Source of the DNA: Neolecta irregularis DAH-3
Taxonomy: Eukaryota
Direction: 5' to 3'
Assembly: GCA_001929475.1 (NCBI GenBank)
Contig: LXFE01000294.1
Coordinates: 1-38,726, forward strand
DNA length: 38,726 nt
Shown piece by piece: positions 1 through 12,588 of the stretch. The position numbers were made by a program, and so were the translations under genes. The first letter of the stretch is position 1. Each line of letters starts with the position of its first letter. The notes beneath the pieces were generated by a model. That model did no database searches and was not told where the DNA came from. It saw nothing but the letters and a program-made list of their open reading frames with translations.

Positions 1-245
1 GCCAAGAGACAGTCGCGGCAGCCGCTGGACGCACCAATCCACGCCGAGCCGCGGCCGCACGCACACGCCTCGGCCCCCGCCGGCGATGTTTCCTGCTGGC
101 ACTTTGCAATCATCTCCACCACCGGGCCGCACTTGCACGCCGCCAACACGTGCGGGCCCACTGCCTGCTGCGGCTGCGGAGGCCCCTGGTTGGCGCGGGC
201 AACAGCCGCCGCTGCGAGGACTTGGACGAGGAAGCTGCAATGCAT
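1..245 (-). CDS. 5' part of a secreted cysteine-rich protein (runs off the window)
   Basis: Not in the ORF track. ATG at 245 reads MHCSFLVQVLAAAAVARA-NQGPPQ...ACKCGPVVEMIAKCQQETSPAGAEACACGRGSAWIGASSGCRDCLL. It has a signal-peptide-like N-terminus, 7 Cys in the visible mature part, GC-rich codons and TATATAAA about 70 nt upstream. Confidence 0.7.
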   Translation of the reverse strand, partial: MHCSFLVQVLAAAAVARANQGPPQPQQAVGPHVLAACKCGPVVEMIAKCQQETSPAGAEACACGRGSAWIGASSGCRDCLL

Positions 246-660
246 AGTCAAAGAGCGACAGAGATCGAGAACGAGAACGAACGAAGGTGGCCTGCAATCC
301 GGCGACACGGCCTGCTTTATATAATCCAGAGACCTTCCCCGCGCTGCAACACGCGCATTCGTCTCGAGCGAGATCATCCCATGCAACCCGAATCACTTGC
401 TCCATTCGGCTGTACCCGCACCTCAATCACGCCTAAGCCGGATCGGATTATCCTTCCCACAGCGTGACAAGAAGAATCTAGTCCAAAAATGATGGTTCCG
501 TGCGGCCTACCTCCAGGTGCTGGGGATAGATCCTTTCACAAAGCAAACACAATAATATGGCGGGTTGCACATCGATCACGAATAGTATTGAAACCAACAT
601 TAATTCCGTGCACAGGCCTAGAATACGAGATGGCCAATTGGAATTCCTGCCAGACTTTCC

Positions 661-2937
661 TTAATCAATCTTAACATGCCTAGCGTCAGCAACACTAAAC
701 ACATTCATACCCATATATGTTCAGTACAAACTTCCACGCGGCGAGAAACCCAACTGTCCCGGTAAATACTCCCCAGACCACACACAGCAGAAATGACTGT
801 CCCACAAAAATTATGCTCGACACAAATCCAGAGGCAAATCCTCCACGCGAGAGAAACCAATACAGAGAATACCCAAAAATATAGATACTCGAACTTCCCC
901 CCACGAAAAGAGCGTTCCACCACCAGTCGTAATCTTCATACAAGAGTGTCAAATACGTCATCACTATCGTCAATTCAGATATCGTGATCAGTAGCAGAAT
1001 GAACGACACCGCAAAGAAGCCAAACAGATAGTAATACCCAGACTGTGTCTGCCACAGCGACTTTAAAATGAACAACAGTTCAACAAATATTACTCCAAAC
1101 GGCACAATTCCAGATAACAACAGTCTGCACATAAGTTTGTTGCATCATAGTGCAGTACTTTGGGACTGTCCTCAAGAATCTTGGCTGTGCAGGAATTTGG
1201 CGCGCAATCTGGGCCGTTCGCGTCGGCGCTTCTACCCCATTTCTCCCGCGGACCACGAATGCACCCATATGTACTAGCGGCAGCGAAACTAAAATCCAAA
1301 GCGACAGTATTTTTAAGAATGTCGAAAATGAAACTGCCATCGACGATTGTTTGGCCCAGAGGAAAAGGTTCAAGGTTAATGCTGCTATCAGCATGAACCC
1401 AGACGGAAGAAGCGATGTCTGAATCGTTAAATAGATCCGGCACGCACTTACTATCAATGCATTTCTCCGCCACCTAGACCCTTTGAACGTTTTATAAATG
1501 ATCTGTGAAACGTAACCGGAAAAGAAACTACCCGTCAGTTTTACAAGCAGTAACCACACCTTGCAAAAACGAATAAAATAACAGCAAAACTGAGAAATCC
1601 TCCCTGAGAACTCGGACCCAACACTCCAATGCACGAGAAGCCTATCCCGCAAAAGTAAGAACAGAGACATCCCAAAGACCGGGTGTCATACACAACAGCG
1701 TCACCAATGTAATTAATATTTGTATTCCAGTTCCAATAATTGGAGCAAATAACCCGGCTAAACCTGGCGGTCGGAAAACATCGCCGTGGAGGAGCTTCCA
1801 GCCTGAAAGATCATCTTCATTATTACCATCCTTGCAGAGTCAGCATAACCTAAACAAGACAGATACGTTTCTGCTGTGGTCGATTTGGATATCCTGACGC
1901 AACGTACGGATCATAACTAAAGCAACCAGCAGACTGAGAAACAGTACGATTATAGCATTATTAATAAATCTAACTTGGCGTCAGTATTGCAGAAATAAAA
2001 AGGAGAGACCCACCCTAGCCAATGAATGGTCGGATTCGAATCAATGAGATACGGATTCCACCGTTCCGACCACTGAAGAGATTGCTCCAACTTCCAAAAA
2101 ACAGAATATGTATACGTGATTTCATTAATTTCTCCAGTCTGGTTAAAAATATCAAGAGTGGAAAGAGTGTTAAGGGGGACTAGCGAGGGACACCGACCAT
2201 TTGTAATGTTTGTCCTAGATGCTCAGAAACAGGCAGGGATAATTAAACGTACGATCGTGGAATCCCTTCGACGCCAATAATTACTAGCTCTAGGGACACC
2301 GGGGATGCGGGTTGATAGTAGATTACTAGATCTATATGATTGTATAAAAATAGAGCCTATCCCATGCTTCAGATTGTTTTTTCGGAAGTAATACCTTCTT
2401 TTCGCCCTCCTTTTCACGGGCACCGAGCGGAAATCCTGGAATCCGCGAGATATTTCTTCCCTGGTCGGTTGAAATGTACCTTGTAGCCACAGGTAGATCA
2501 TCGAGAGTCCTAATATAAATAGCCATACAGACAGCAAAAATACCAGTCCACTACATATTGGTTTTCAATCAGTTCAGCGGCCCAACCAAGTGACTTTGGG
2601 TCCACTTTAGCTTGACACAAGACCCGACATTTAGCGTCTTCTCGAAGGAGCAACTTTTCCGATTACTATTTTTTGGTAAAGGATTGCGTGCCTTGTAATC
2701 ACTAGTAGTCATTCGATTGCCTCGAAGTACTTGGCCAATGTTGAGCGTCCTGTAAACAGGAGCAGACGGTTTACAAACAAATGGAAGCGAGGTGTACTCA
2801 TAAGGAATCTGAGTAACTTCACTGCGGATTTTGTTGAGATACAAAGGGATTTGCGATGTCGTATTATATGTCCGTGGAAAATAGCCCGGTATGTTGAATA
2901 CAGTCGTCAGGAAAGACAGGCCGTGATAGAGAAACAT
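661..2937 (-). CDS. Transmembrane 9 superfamily (Emp70/TMN) protein, about 12 exons
   Basis: Motifs YEYTSLPFVC, NIGQVLRGNR, GWKLLHGDVFRPP, SGIVPFGVIFVEL, EDYDWWW and C-terminal YGHVKID*. 11 introns of about 31-50 nt; the first is GC-AG (2654-2691). Confidence 0.95.
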
Positions 2938-3451
2938 TTGGATGGAGGTTATCAAGGAGGATAATTCATAAATTGACAATGCGGATATTGCTGTAAACAA
3001 CAAATATTCATCTTGGCATCCTGGCTCAAATCGAAAGATATTGGTGCGAAATTTCAGATATGGAACCCCGATATAAAAGAATTCTAAACAAGAGTAGTGA
3101 CCCGTAGTGCTTGAGATATTTGTAGAAAATCGGAAAGAGACAATGGCAGTGCCAAGGAACCCTTGTTGTCATCCTTCCATATTTATAGACAAGACGCAGG
3201 AGAGCACACGCTAAAAGGCTGCTAGATCAAATTTCGAGTTAATGTCAAGCAGGAATGGATTTCAGACTTGTGAGAGTAGGGAAGAAACAATCAAATGTGC
3301 CTTGTAAGACACGTTCTCTTTAGACCATCTTCCTTGGTCATTTATAGGATTACTCAACATTGCAATATTGAAAGACTAGCAAAGACATTCTTCAAGAGCG
3401 TGAAGAGAAACAACTCAATTCCGCACAATTTGCTCTTCTATATAGACACAT

Positions 3452-4399
<948 letters not shown>

Positions 4400-4618
4400 T
4401 CTGGGAGACGGGATGAGAGGGAGAAGGCAAGTGGCAAGCAGGTGGTGGTGAGCCAGCCTGAATTCCCTTTCCGCCAGTGATAGGCGAACTCGCCTTAATT
4501 AACGGTCTTTCTTCAGAATCATGATCCTGGAAATACACTCACTCGGACAGTCGTTTTATCAATAATAACCATTCGCTCTAAAGGATGGAAAAATCCCATA
4601 ACACCACCCGCACTTTTC

Positions 4619-6806
4619 CTAAAAGACTTTATAGCTTCTTGCTAATAGACAGCTAAATACGGCGAATCCCACAAGACAACCCACTATACTAAAAAACCAA
4701 ACCAAAGTAGGATGATCCTCTACTTGTCCTGGTACCAAGACATTCATGCCCCATAATCCCGTTATGAGGTTCATTGGAATGAGAATTGTTCCCAGGACCG
4801 TTAATCGGGAAAGAACTTCGTTTGTATCATTGTTTGCGCGGGCCATGTCAATGGAAATTTGTGCGAGGTAATCTGAGTTTTTAAAAGATGAAAAGTGAGG
4901 GGTCATACTACTATGCGAACGAGACAATATCTTCTCATAGTGATTCAGATTTTGAACCATGGTAACAATATGATCTACAGTCAATTTCCAGATCTTTTTT
5001 GAAGAAACTACCCTGGATATCGCCCAAATAGAGGCCAATTTCGCTTCGGGGTGCAATATCCCATTTTTCATTGCATCTTTTACTAAAGCCCTTGATAACA
5101 TCCGCCTTGCTGCCCAACAATCGTAGCAACCCCATGACTTTCTTCCGAACCACGCCAATTCTTCGCAGCATGTTGTCATCTTGAGTTACATACAATACTG
5201 CGTCATCGATTGCATCGACTTCGTCCTCAATGCGTTGAATTAAGGGTCCAAACCCGTCCGTTATGTCATCAATTAGAGCATATGATATCCAATCAGATGA
5301 GACGCTAATATAATCTTTGAGTTGTCTTATTCGACGGCGGACATTGGCAGGATGTGATGTTTCGCTGGAATGGAACTTTCTAGTTAGATATTAAACCATA
5401 GACAGTACATACAGAGAGAACACAGTCTCGGAAAACGACAAAATACATGTTTACCGGCTCCAGAAAGTTTTCGCTTGATGGATCTTGATCAAAACTACGG
5501 AAACAAACAAAGTAATAATTTCGGAACAATTCAACTTTCTCCCGAGTTTCCTCCATCGAAATATCTTCAGTAGTGAGTGGATGGATCCCAAAGGCCTAGG
5601 GAGTCAACGTTCATTTATGTGAAATGTAAACCAAGGGATACCTTTGAGATCATTTTCATCTCTGCATCCGTAGGATTGTTTACATCCAACCAAAACATTT
5701 CACCCTTTGTAAACAACTCGTTCCAGTTAGAGTTCTCGGGACATAATTCAGAAAAGGTTTGACTATGTATTGTACTAGTGAGTTCATCCGAGAAGTATGT
5801 AAATCGATAAGGTCGATCATCCTCATTCTGTCGACATAAGTGTCGTTAGACAAGACGTTCGTACCTTGCGATTAACCCATCGCCCATTAACCCGATATCG
5901 TCCATCAATTAGAGTAGGTTCATGTATTTTCCTCTGTCCTAATTTTCGATCGTATCGAATTTCCTCGTTCAACTCCTTCAACTCGTGTTTCGTCCATTCA
6001 TTAAAAACTTCAAGGTCAGGCCAGGAAATGCCCTCAGTTTCGTCAGGAACAGCTGGAAAACAAACATCTTCCTCCGCGGCCCGACTTTGCGTTCGATGGG
6101 TCTTGGGAAGGCGTGGAGTTCTGACTGTATGATCCAGCGAATCACTCAAATTGGTGGGCGAACAACGGTGAAGTATTTCATGTGGGGATCCGCCCCTCGT
6201 ATCTGAAAGGTTACTGGGCAGAGGTGATGAGGAACCATTTGCATGACTGTCAACAGCCGGGAAATTTCCTTCATCGTTTCTGGGATAGTCCCCAAGCGAC
6301 AAAAGGGTACTGTTTAAGTGAGCAATTGATCCCTGTCCACTTTCGAGAGATGGACCAACATTAAAAACGTCGACAGTCCCTGCTCGCTTGCGAGACGAAT
6401 GTCGTGGTCTGTTTTGGGATGGTAATAATTGGGAGGATTCTGTAACATCGAGACCGCCTTCCTCTTCCTCTTCGCCTGACGAAGACGACAGACTGCCCGG
6501 CAATGAAGAGTTTCCAGGTGGTTTATTGGGGGTTTTCTTTTTATATCTAAAGAATCCGGGATGGGAAGCAAGCGAGTGGGGTTGCTCTCTGTGATCCAAA
6601 AGCGTAGTTGAGTCTACAGATGTCGATGAGTGTAACTGTTGTGTATAAACCTGATTTGACGATTGAAAAGATTGTCTTCGAGGTCCCGGCGATGTAAATG
6701 CTCGAGGTGGGGTAGCTATTCGCGTTATTGGCCACGGATCCGAGAGATTCTCTTTCGTCCCATCGTTAGTTTCAGACTCCTGTACTGTAGAGTTTGTAGA
6801 AGGCAT
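4619..6806 (-). CDS. MNR2: CorA-family magnesium transporter (Mnr2/Alr1-like), 6 exons
   Basis: FWLDVNNPT, AFGIHPLTTEDI, REKVELFRNYYFVCFRSF, HSNYLAQISI and the GLWGMNVLVPGQ (GMN) signature, followed by 2 TM helices. Long disordered N-terminus. Confidence 0.92.
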
Positions 6807-6962
6807 TTTATCCGAAGAAATTGGCTTTTCGGGGCAAAATTTTTGAATGCAGATGGATGAGTAGGAACGGTAGGTGAACCTGACTAGGCGAGATTCGGTG
6901 GCACGTGGGAATCTGAACACGAACAACGTCCGTCACCTTTGCCACCTAATTCATTTACAATC

Positions 6963-7439
6963 ATGTCCTCCAAGCTTAAGGACCTTACTATTAAGACAGG
7001 TACTTCCCATTTATATCGACAGACTTATCATGAGGCGTGCTGAAGAGATTGATCAAAGAAGAAGCATCGTACTGGAAAGAAGTCGAGAGGGAAAAGCGAC
7101 GTCTTGAGAAGGTAAGGGCTGATGCGGAAGAAGACCTCGAAATAAGACTAAGGAAGCAAGTAATTGCTCCAGGCGAGTTGGAAGCCGGGCTCATCCTCTA
7201 GAATGAAGTAATAGAAGACACAAGACAGATGATACCTCATGTCCACAAACGTCTCCTCAAGTCACTACAGGATTTAGAAGATTTAGTGGTACGTGTACAT
7301 TGCTTACATTGAGTAATGAATTTTGTTATAGGCTACAGAGGATCCAGAATATGAAGGCTCAGCCGAGATCGAAGAGGCGAGAAAATGGATTGAGGAAGGC
7401 CGGAAAGCGCAAAATATGCCTGAATTTAACGGGGTTTGA
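6963..7439 (+). CDS. RBL2: Tubulin-specific chaperone A (cofactor A), 4 exons
   Basis: Spliced: MSSKLKDLTIKT/GVLKRLIKEEASYWKEVE...LRKQ/NEVIEDTRQMIPHVHKRL...DLEDLV/ATEDPEY...EARKWIEE*. Matches the TBCA pattern IKTGVVKRLxKE...ExxxMIP. Confidence 0.9.
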
Positions 7440-7689
7440 CCATTTATCGGATTTTGTTTGTTGAGTTGCATATGTAGATTTCCGAAATTACACATCAATA
7501 GAACTGCTTGGGAATAATTTTACACGTTTCAGTTCTTAAAATGGAAATGCGACGACTGCTTGATCCTCGCGTCCACCAAGGGCCTCCTCGAGAGGAATGG
7601 CTAAATATAGACAACAGATCAGGATCTTCCGGCTCGGGGGCTTTGAATTGAATTCAGAATGAATAGAGGACGGACAGTAGAACGAAATA

Positions 7690-8095
7690 GTCACTCCTAA
7701 ATCCCGCTATCTTTCGTCGCGACAAGAATCGAAAATAATCCACTATTTTGAAGAAACATTGTTGAAAAGATCACGTAAATTTGCGAAAATGTATGTCTTC
7801 TATACTTGCAGTTGAGGTTGACATGATAGATCAGAAGAAGACAGTTATCAAAACCTTTCCGAACTTATCATCCAAGACTTTCTCCCAACAATTAATCGTT
7901 CTTCTAGTTCCCCCATGGATTAAAGTCCAACATCTTCTGCAAATGACAGGCGACCTGTCCGATTATATCTTTTCTTTTCCATCAGACGGTGAAGTCACGT
8001 TTGACACTCTTAATCATCTCGATGCGATTCTCGTTGACGCAATCCTAACCCTAACCCCTGCATTGGTGTGGTGTCGAGATATGAACTATAAATAG
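7690..8095 (+). pseudogene. Tfb6-like (TFIIH subunit 11) fragment, apparently frameshifted and truncated
   Basis: SRQESKIIHYFEETLLKRSRKFAK / intron 7791-7829 / SYQNLSELI..., then in another frame KVQHLLQMTGDLSDYIFSFPSDGEVTFDTLNHLDAIL. This resembles fungal Tfb6 from memory. No clear start or C-terminus. Confidence 0.45.
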
Positions 8096-8524
8096 ATTTT
8101 AACCATATTAGACACGTGTTAAATTTGTTCCGCGCGAAATGTAAAATCCGCGAAAGGGAAATAACCACCGCCACCACCCCTACTCAAAGCTTTGCTTATA
8201 CCCACCTAGATGCCTGTTATCCGCGATCCACCTCTAAGAGAACCACCAACACTATTCACAGACAAGACTATTAAAGCATTTGAGCGGTACCTTGAGAATT
8301 ATGTGGCCAATTCAAGGAACCCAATCCTTTTGATCAACTGTGGTACAATCGCAACAAGCACTATACAATTCCCACAAATCAATAATGAAGGGTACCATTT
8401 ACATCTTTCAATCAGCACCTCTTAAAAAGGTATCAAACACAGCATATTTTCATTTTTGGTCATATATTATCATAAGAATGTCTAGTCTACTAACTGTAGA
8501 CTACTAATTAGTTTTTGACTTAAA

Positions 8525-8642
8525 AGATACATTACCCAGGATTCGCACATGGTCAACCACCGCAATACTAACCAGGCTTTGCTGGGCTTAACTTTGCAAA
8601 TCGGACGGGATGCAGTGCTTTGCCGGAGATATGAACGCATCT
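8525..8642 (-). rRNA. Dispersed 5S rRNA gene (118 nt; variant or pseudogene)
   Basis: AGATGCGTTCATATC...CATCCCGTCCGAT...AGTTAAGC...GGTTAGTA...GAATCCTGGGTAATGTATCT. The terminal helix AGAUGCGUU/AAUGUAUCU pairs, and a T-run Pol III terminator follows. Confidence 0.9.
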
Positions 8643-8660
8643 GAAAGCCAATGGCGAATC

Positions 8661-8672
8661 TTAATTATAAAG
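8661..8672 (-). promoter_or_regulatory. TATA-like element upstream of the 5S gene
   Basis: CTTTATAATTAA at about -19 to -30 from the 5S start, as is typical for dispersed fungal 5S genes. Confidence 0.55.
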
Positions 8673-9010
8673 GCAGTTTCTAACTACGAATATTAATTGA
8701 AAAAGTTTATTTCCAGAGTAGGCAAGAGTGCAAAAATTGGTGCATTTTCTAAGCAGAAACCTAAATGTGACCATTGACAGTATTAATCCTAACCCAAACC
8801 TTGCCCCAATTCCCATCGGGAAAAAATCAGGTCCAAAATATTAGCATTGTGTAACTTGGTTTGATATATCCAGGCTTATTGTAAGGTTCCCATCTTCATC
8901 TTATTATTCCCATTCCAGTTGAATCAAGTATACCATGAATGACGTTAAAAATAAAAGTTCATTGTCACGTCATTGGTAATTCTTACTGTATACAAAAAAT
9001 CTGTGTTTAA

Positions 9011-10099
9011 TTACTGATTTCCATAGGTTCGTTTAGTCAATTTTCCATTTGAGCAAGTGGTCCCGGGTGCTACCCTTCCCATATCAACATATACATCATT
9101 TGTACAAAGCGCCCAGAGCACATCTGAGATACATTTAATAGAATTCCGAACACACGAAGAGGCCAAATAGCCAGCACTTGCATTAAATGTAGACGGGGTG
9201 GGGGGAATAAATTCGGTTGAATATCTTGAGCTGTTCGAAACTGAAGAACTCCTAAGAGGACTCCGAGGTAATGCCGTTGAACTTGTGAAAGAGGAGCTAG
9301 AGGACCTCGATGGTGAGGACGCGCTGCTAGAACCTGAGCCAGAAGATATGTTATTGTCATTTGAAGAAGGACATCCGGGCAGATTTGCGCCACTCGAACG
9401 TGAACTCGGTGAACCGCCGTATTCAACACTATCTCCTGGATTTGGAAATATGATGTCCTTGTTGTCAGGGGTATTACACGTCCCCGAGCCAAATATGTTG
9501 GCTTCGAAAATAGCAGGAGCGGTGAATCCAGATCCAGATCCCGTAACTTTGACCCGAGCACAATTCATATACATTTCTCTGTTTCCGATTTCATTAAACC
9601 ATGTCCTAATGTTGTTTATTATATGGTTGCAAAGGATAGTATATACCATGCGAGCAATGCCTGACCACTCTGTGGAGCATCTGAAGGGACCGTGAATTCG
9701 TAAGAGAGAGGTAAGGGACATCCCCCAATCATGCTATGAATGACTTGAAAAGATTCGCCGTTGTTGTATGACAGTGAGATTTGACACGATCCACCTCCAT
9801 GAACGGCAGTTCCAGCAAGCCTGTTCTCATTAATAAAATCAAACGTAGGATGATTGGACATACTGGATTGTGTATGAGGACCCAGCAGCATAAGTAGCAA
9901 CAGTATGAGTGATGGGATCATTTTGATATCCTTTACAGGGAAAATCGCTACCATCCAGTGTAAGAGGGTCGGTCATACTATAATCGATAGATGACGATTG
10001 TGGATCATATTTACTTCTCAGAGGAGGAGGACTGATCATTTGAACGTGAGCGAAAGACATCAGAACCAGCTGAAGAAAGATTGCGAGGAACCAGGTCAT
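9011..10099 (-). CDS. Secreted lytic polysaccharide monooxygenase, AA11-like, with Ser-rich linker and C-terminal 4-Cys module, 3 exons
   Basis: Signal peptide then His1 ([12 protein letters not shown]), [43 protein letters not shown] (His-brace plus Tyr). The tail reads CVRNSIKC...LCTND...[10 protein letters not shown]. Confidence 0.88.
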
Positions 10100-10509
10100 A
10101 GGTTCGGCCTGTGAAAAAAAACAATTGAGGGATGTTACAAGAGGAGGAAGGAGATTGCAGAAAGAAAGCCAAAAGTCTTCCTACGCTCAACTGAGGTGTG
10201 CTGCACTCTAGAGTGGCTTAAGAGGAAATATATAGAGGTATTCCAGAATTCCTGCAAGACCATTTTCTTTCAACAGGCCAGCATTGTCATTTGAGAATTG
10301 AGATATATGACGGATGGGACAATGTGTAAGGTACGTGTGAGAAATTGTTCAACTTCCCACCCATCTACGGGATCTATCTCTTTTCGGTGATCTCCGAAAT
10401 ACGTGGAACTATTTCTTTTTTCTGGCTTTTGTCGGATTGAAACAAAGGACCAAATCCAAGACATAGAGACTTAAAGTTACATGCGCTTCCCGGTAGAACC
10501 TTTAGCGAA

Positions 10510-10705
10510 CGGCAACGAGACTCAAGAGGTGTACGGCTCTTTGCCGAGCAAAGTCATCGATAAACACGAGGCGCATACTAAAAGAGACTTCAACAGGACC
10601 ACGGGTCAATGCGGAACAAAGTTCTCGATACACACGAGGCCACTCTAAAACGGACTTCAATAGGTCAATGGCTCATTGCCGAGCACAACAAACTTTTCGA
10701 TCGAC
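10510..10705. repeat. Degenerate tandem repeat, period about 67 bp, about 3 copies
   Basis: CAAAGT..TCGATA.ACACGAGGC...CTAAAA..GACTTCAA.AGG recurs, ending at 10597 and 10664. GGCTC.TTGCCGAGCA recurs near 10535 and 10670. Confidence 0.75.
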
Positions 10706-11043
10706 AAGTGCAATCTACCAAAAAAACAGACTTTCAAAGGGGAAGCTTGATGGAATATGACATGGCAGGAAAGAGGAAGAGACAATTAGTCTTGAACTGC
10801 CGCTGTATCAAAGTTCTAGAACGCACGCAATACTCTACAACCGAACTTCTATGTATGCAACCGAAACTCCTTTGGATCAACGGACATGCCTTCGCCAAAA
10901 GAAATTGAGAAACAGAAAACATAAGAAACAGTGGTGATCAAGTTATGTCATCATCATATCATCCCCAACATTTCGCATTTCGATATTGGATACGCCATTA
11001 GCATAGTGGTTTGTATTGACTTGAGGGGTCGAACTCATCATGA

Positions 11044-11851
11044 CTATGGAACATTAGCAGATAGTAGAAGCATAGAGTAAGAACAGTTTTCAAATAAATC
11101 GAGAATATCCAATGCGCCTACGGATGTGAATATCTATAATTGTTCAAACAGGGCGTATACCTCGTCGACGGTAAACAAAAATGAACTCGGCCCCAGGCAG
11201 ATCATGCCTGTATTGAACGTCGACAGTTTTCCATTGGGCACTTGACTTCTCTCGGATAGGTCCAAGTCTTGGAATAAAAAGATTATTCAATGGTTAAGGT
11301 ATGTTACCCTGATCGACAGCTAAGACCAAGGGCATGGGCTTGGTCGTCGAGAGTAAAGTCTTCTTTCAGGTCCTGAAGATTTGCCGCTTCTTCGGCTCCC
11401 ACAATTCTCACAAAAGAGATTTTGACACGGATAGTTCCAACGGCATCATGCACATTATCTGGATTATATCCAACGCCTATTGTTAGCGATAATTCCTCCA
11501 TACATTCACCATGGGGATTTGTCTTATTGAACATCAATGGCCTGAACAGGTTGTTTCCAACCATTTTTCCGCTGACAGTGGTTTTAATCTCGTGATCATA
11601 TAATACCGGGCTGTAGAAATGTATTCCGTCTAGCATGATATCGGCGCACACAGGTTGAGAAGCCGTCTTGTGGAGTTGAACACTGAATTCAGCTCCATCT
11701 TGAGGATCTATATAAGCAGTTACGGTATCTCCTGGAAAGGTCAGCACTTATCGCTTGAAATGTAGAGGGTACCCTCTATACTAGAATGATACTCCTGCAA
11801 AGGACAACCGTTGATGCAGATAGCAGCGCTAAGGCTGTTGAGTGTAGGCAT
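11044..11851 (-). CDS. Uncharacterised fungal protein (DUF7918-like), about 5 exons
   Basis: MPTLNSLSAAICINGCPLQEYH..E/GDTVTAYIDPQDGAEFSVQL...VCADIMLDG...RPLMF...VGTIRVKI...AEFIFVYRRR/. Typical 'PL.EY...YI....G..F' start and 'F.F.YR' end. Confidence 0.6.
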
Positions 11852-12588
11852 GACAATAACTGGGTTGAGAAGATCCGAGTTGTTAGAAGAGAAGAGACAG
11901 GAGCAATCTGGTGGTTTACGGAACACGCAATGGATTGAAGCAAGCTTTGTGAGATCAGCTGGCTCTTATCGGCGGCGGTCACGGGGTGTCGAAGCCAAGG
12001 TGTCATAGCTGGCCCGAAATTGTTCCGCCCGCATTGCCTCTTGACCCCTAGTTAGCTTGTAGAAAAGATCTTGAGTCCCCACGATCGTAAGTCTTTTTTA
12101 TTCTAAAATTACTGTGAACACAATCCCAATACCTTTGTCATCTGGTATTTCCACTTGAGCTTAAAGGTACTAGTGTTCGTGTATAAGTCTGTGCACAGAA
12201 TTGGAAACAAAGGAAGATTTTAGAAAGTGACCCATGGCGCCTACACAATGGAGATAGCCCAGGGAATATACTGGCACCAGGTATTAACTAGTCATGTATG
12301 GTGTCGCCTGTCCTTTAGATATTTTAATGAGCTTGCATCTTCAGGTCGACCCTTCGAAGACACAGAGTCTAATGATAAGAACGTGATCACAGGCTTGAAT
12401 GCACCAGATCTTGACTATTTAAAACTCAAGTCCTTGACTTTGGGAGTAGTTTGCTTCGACTACAGATATTTGTAGAAGATAGTCGTAAATATGAATCCAG
12501 TAGCGGAAGTTTAAACATTTGGGCAACTGATACTTTAAAATGCAGCAAGCTAGATAGTGTCTCAAGCATTTTTGTGTAAACAAACCAT

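Noticed and set aside
133-674. Plus-strand ORFs 133-324, 150-467 and 489-674
   Set aside because: Antisense to, or in the promoter of, the better-supported minus-strand secreted protein, with no recognisable features.
5596-5641. CorA intron donor GTATCCCTT resembling the U12 consensus GTATCCTT
   Set aside because: The branch region is GTTGAC (U2-like) with no TCCTTAAC. With such degenerate donors a chance match is likely.
8043-8057. CCTAACCCTAACCC telomere-like repeat
   Set aside because: Only about two units; expected by chance.
9198-9695. 165-aa antisense ORF over the LPMO, and similar antisense ORFs over SWR1 and other genes
   Set aside because: Shadow ORFs of the real coding strand with no independent motifs.
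10510-10705. CRISPR-like repeat-spacer interpretation of the tandem repeat
   Set aside because: Eukaryotic context, the whole unit is degenerately repeated, and there are no unique spacers or cas genes.
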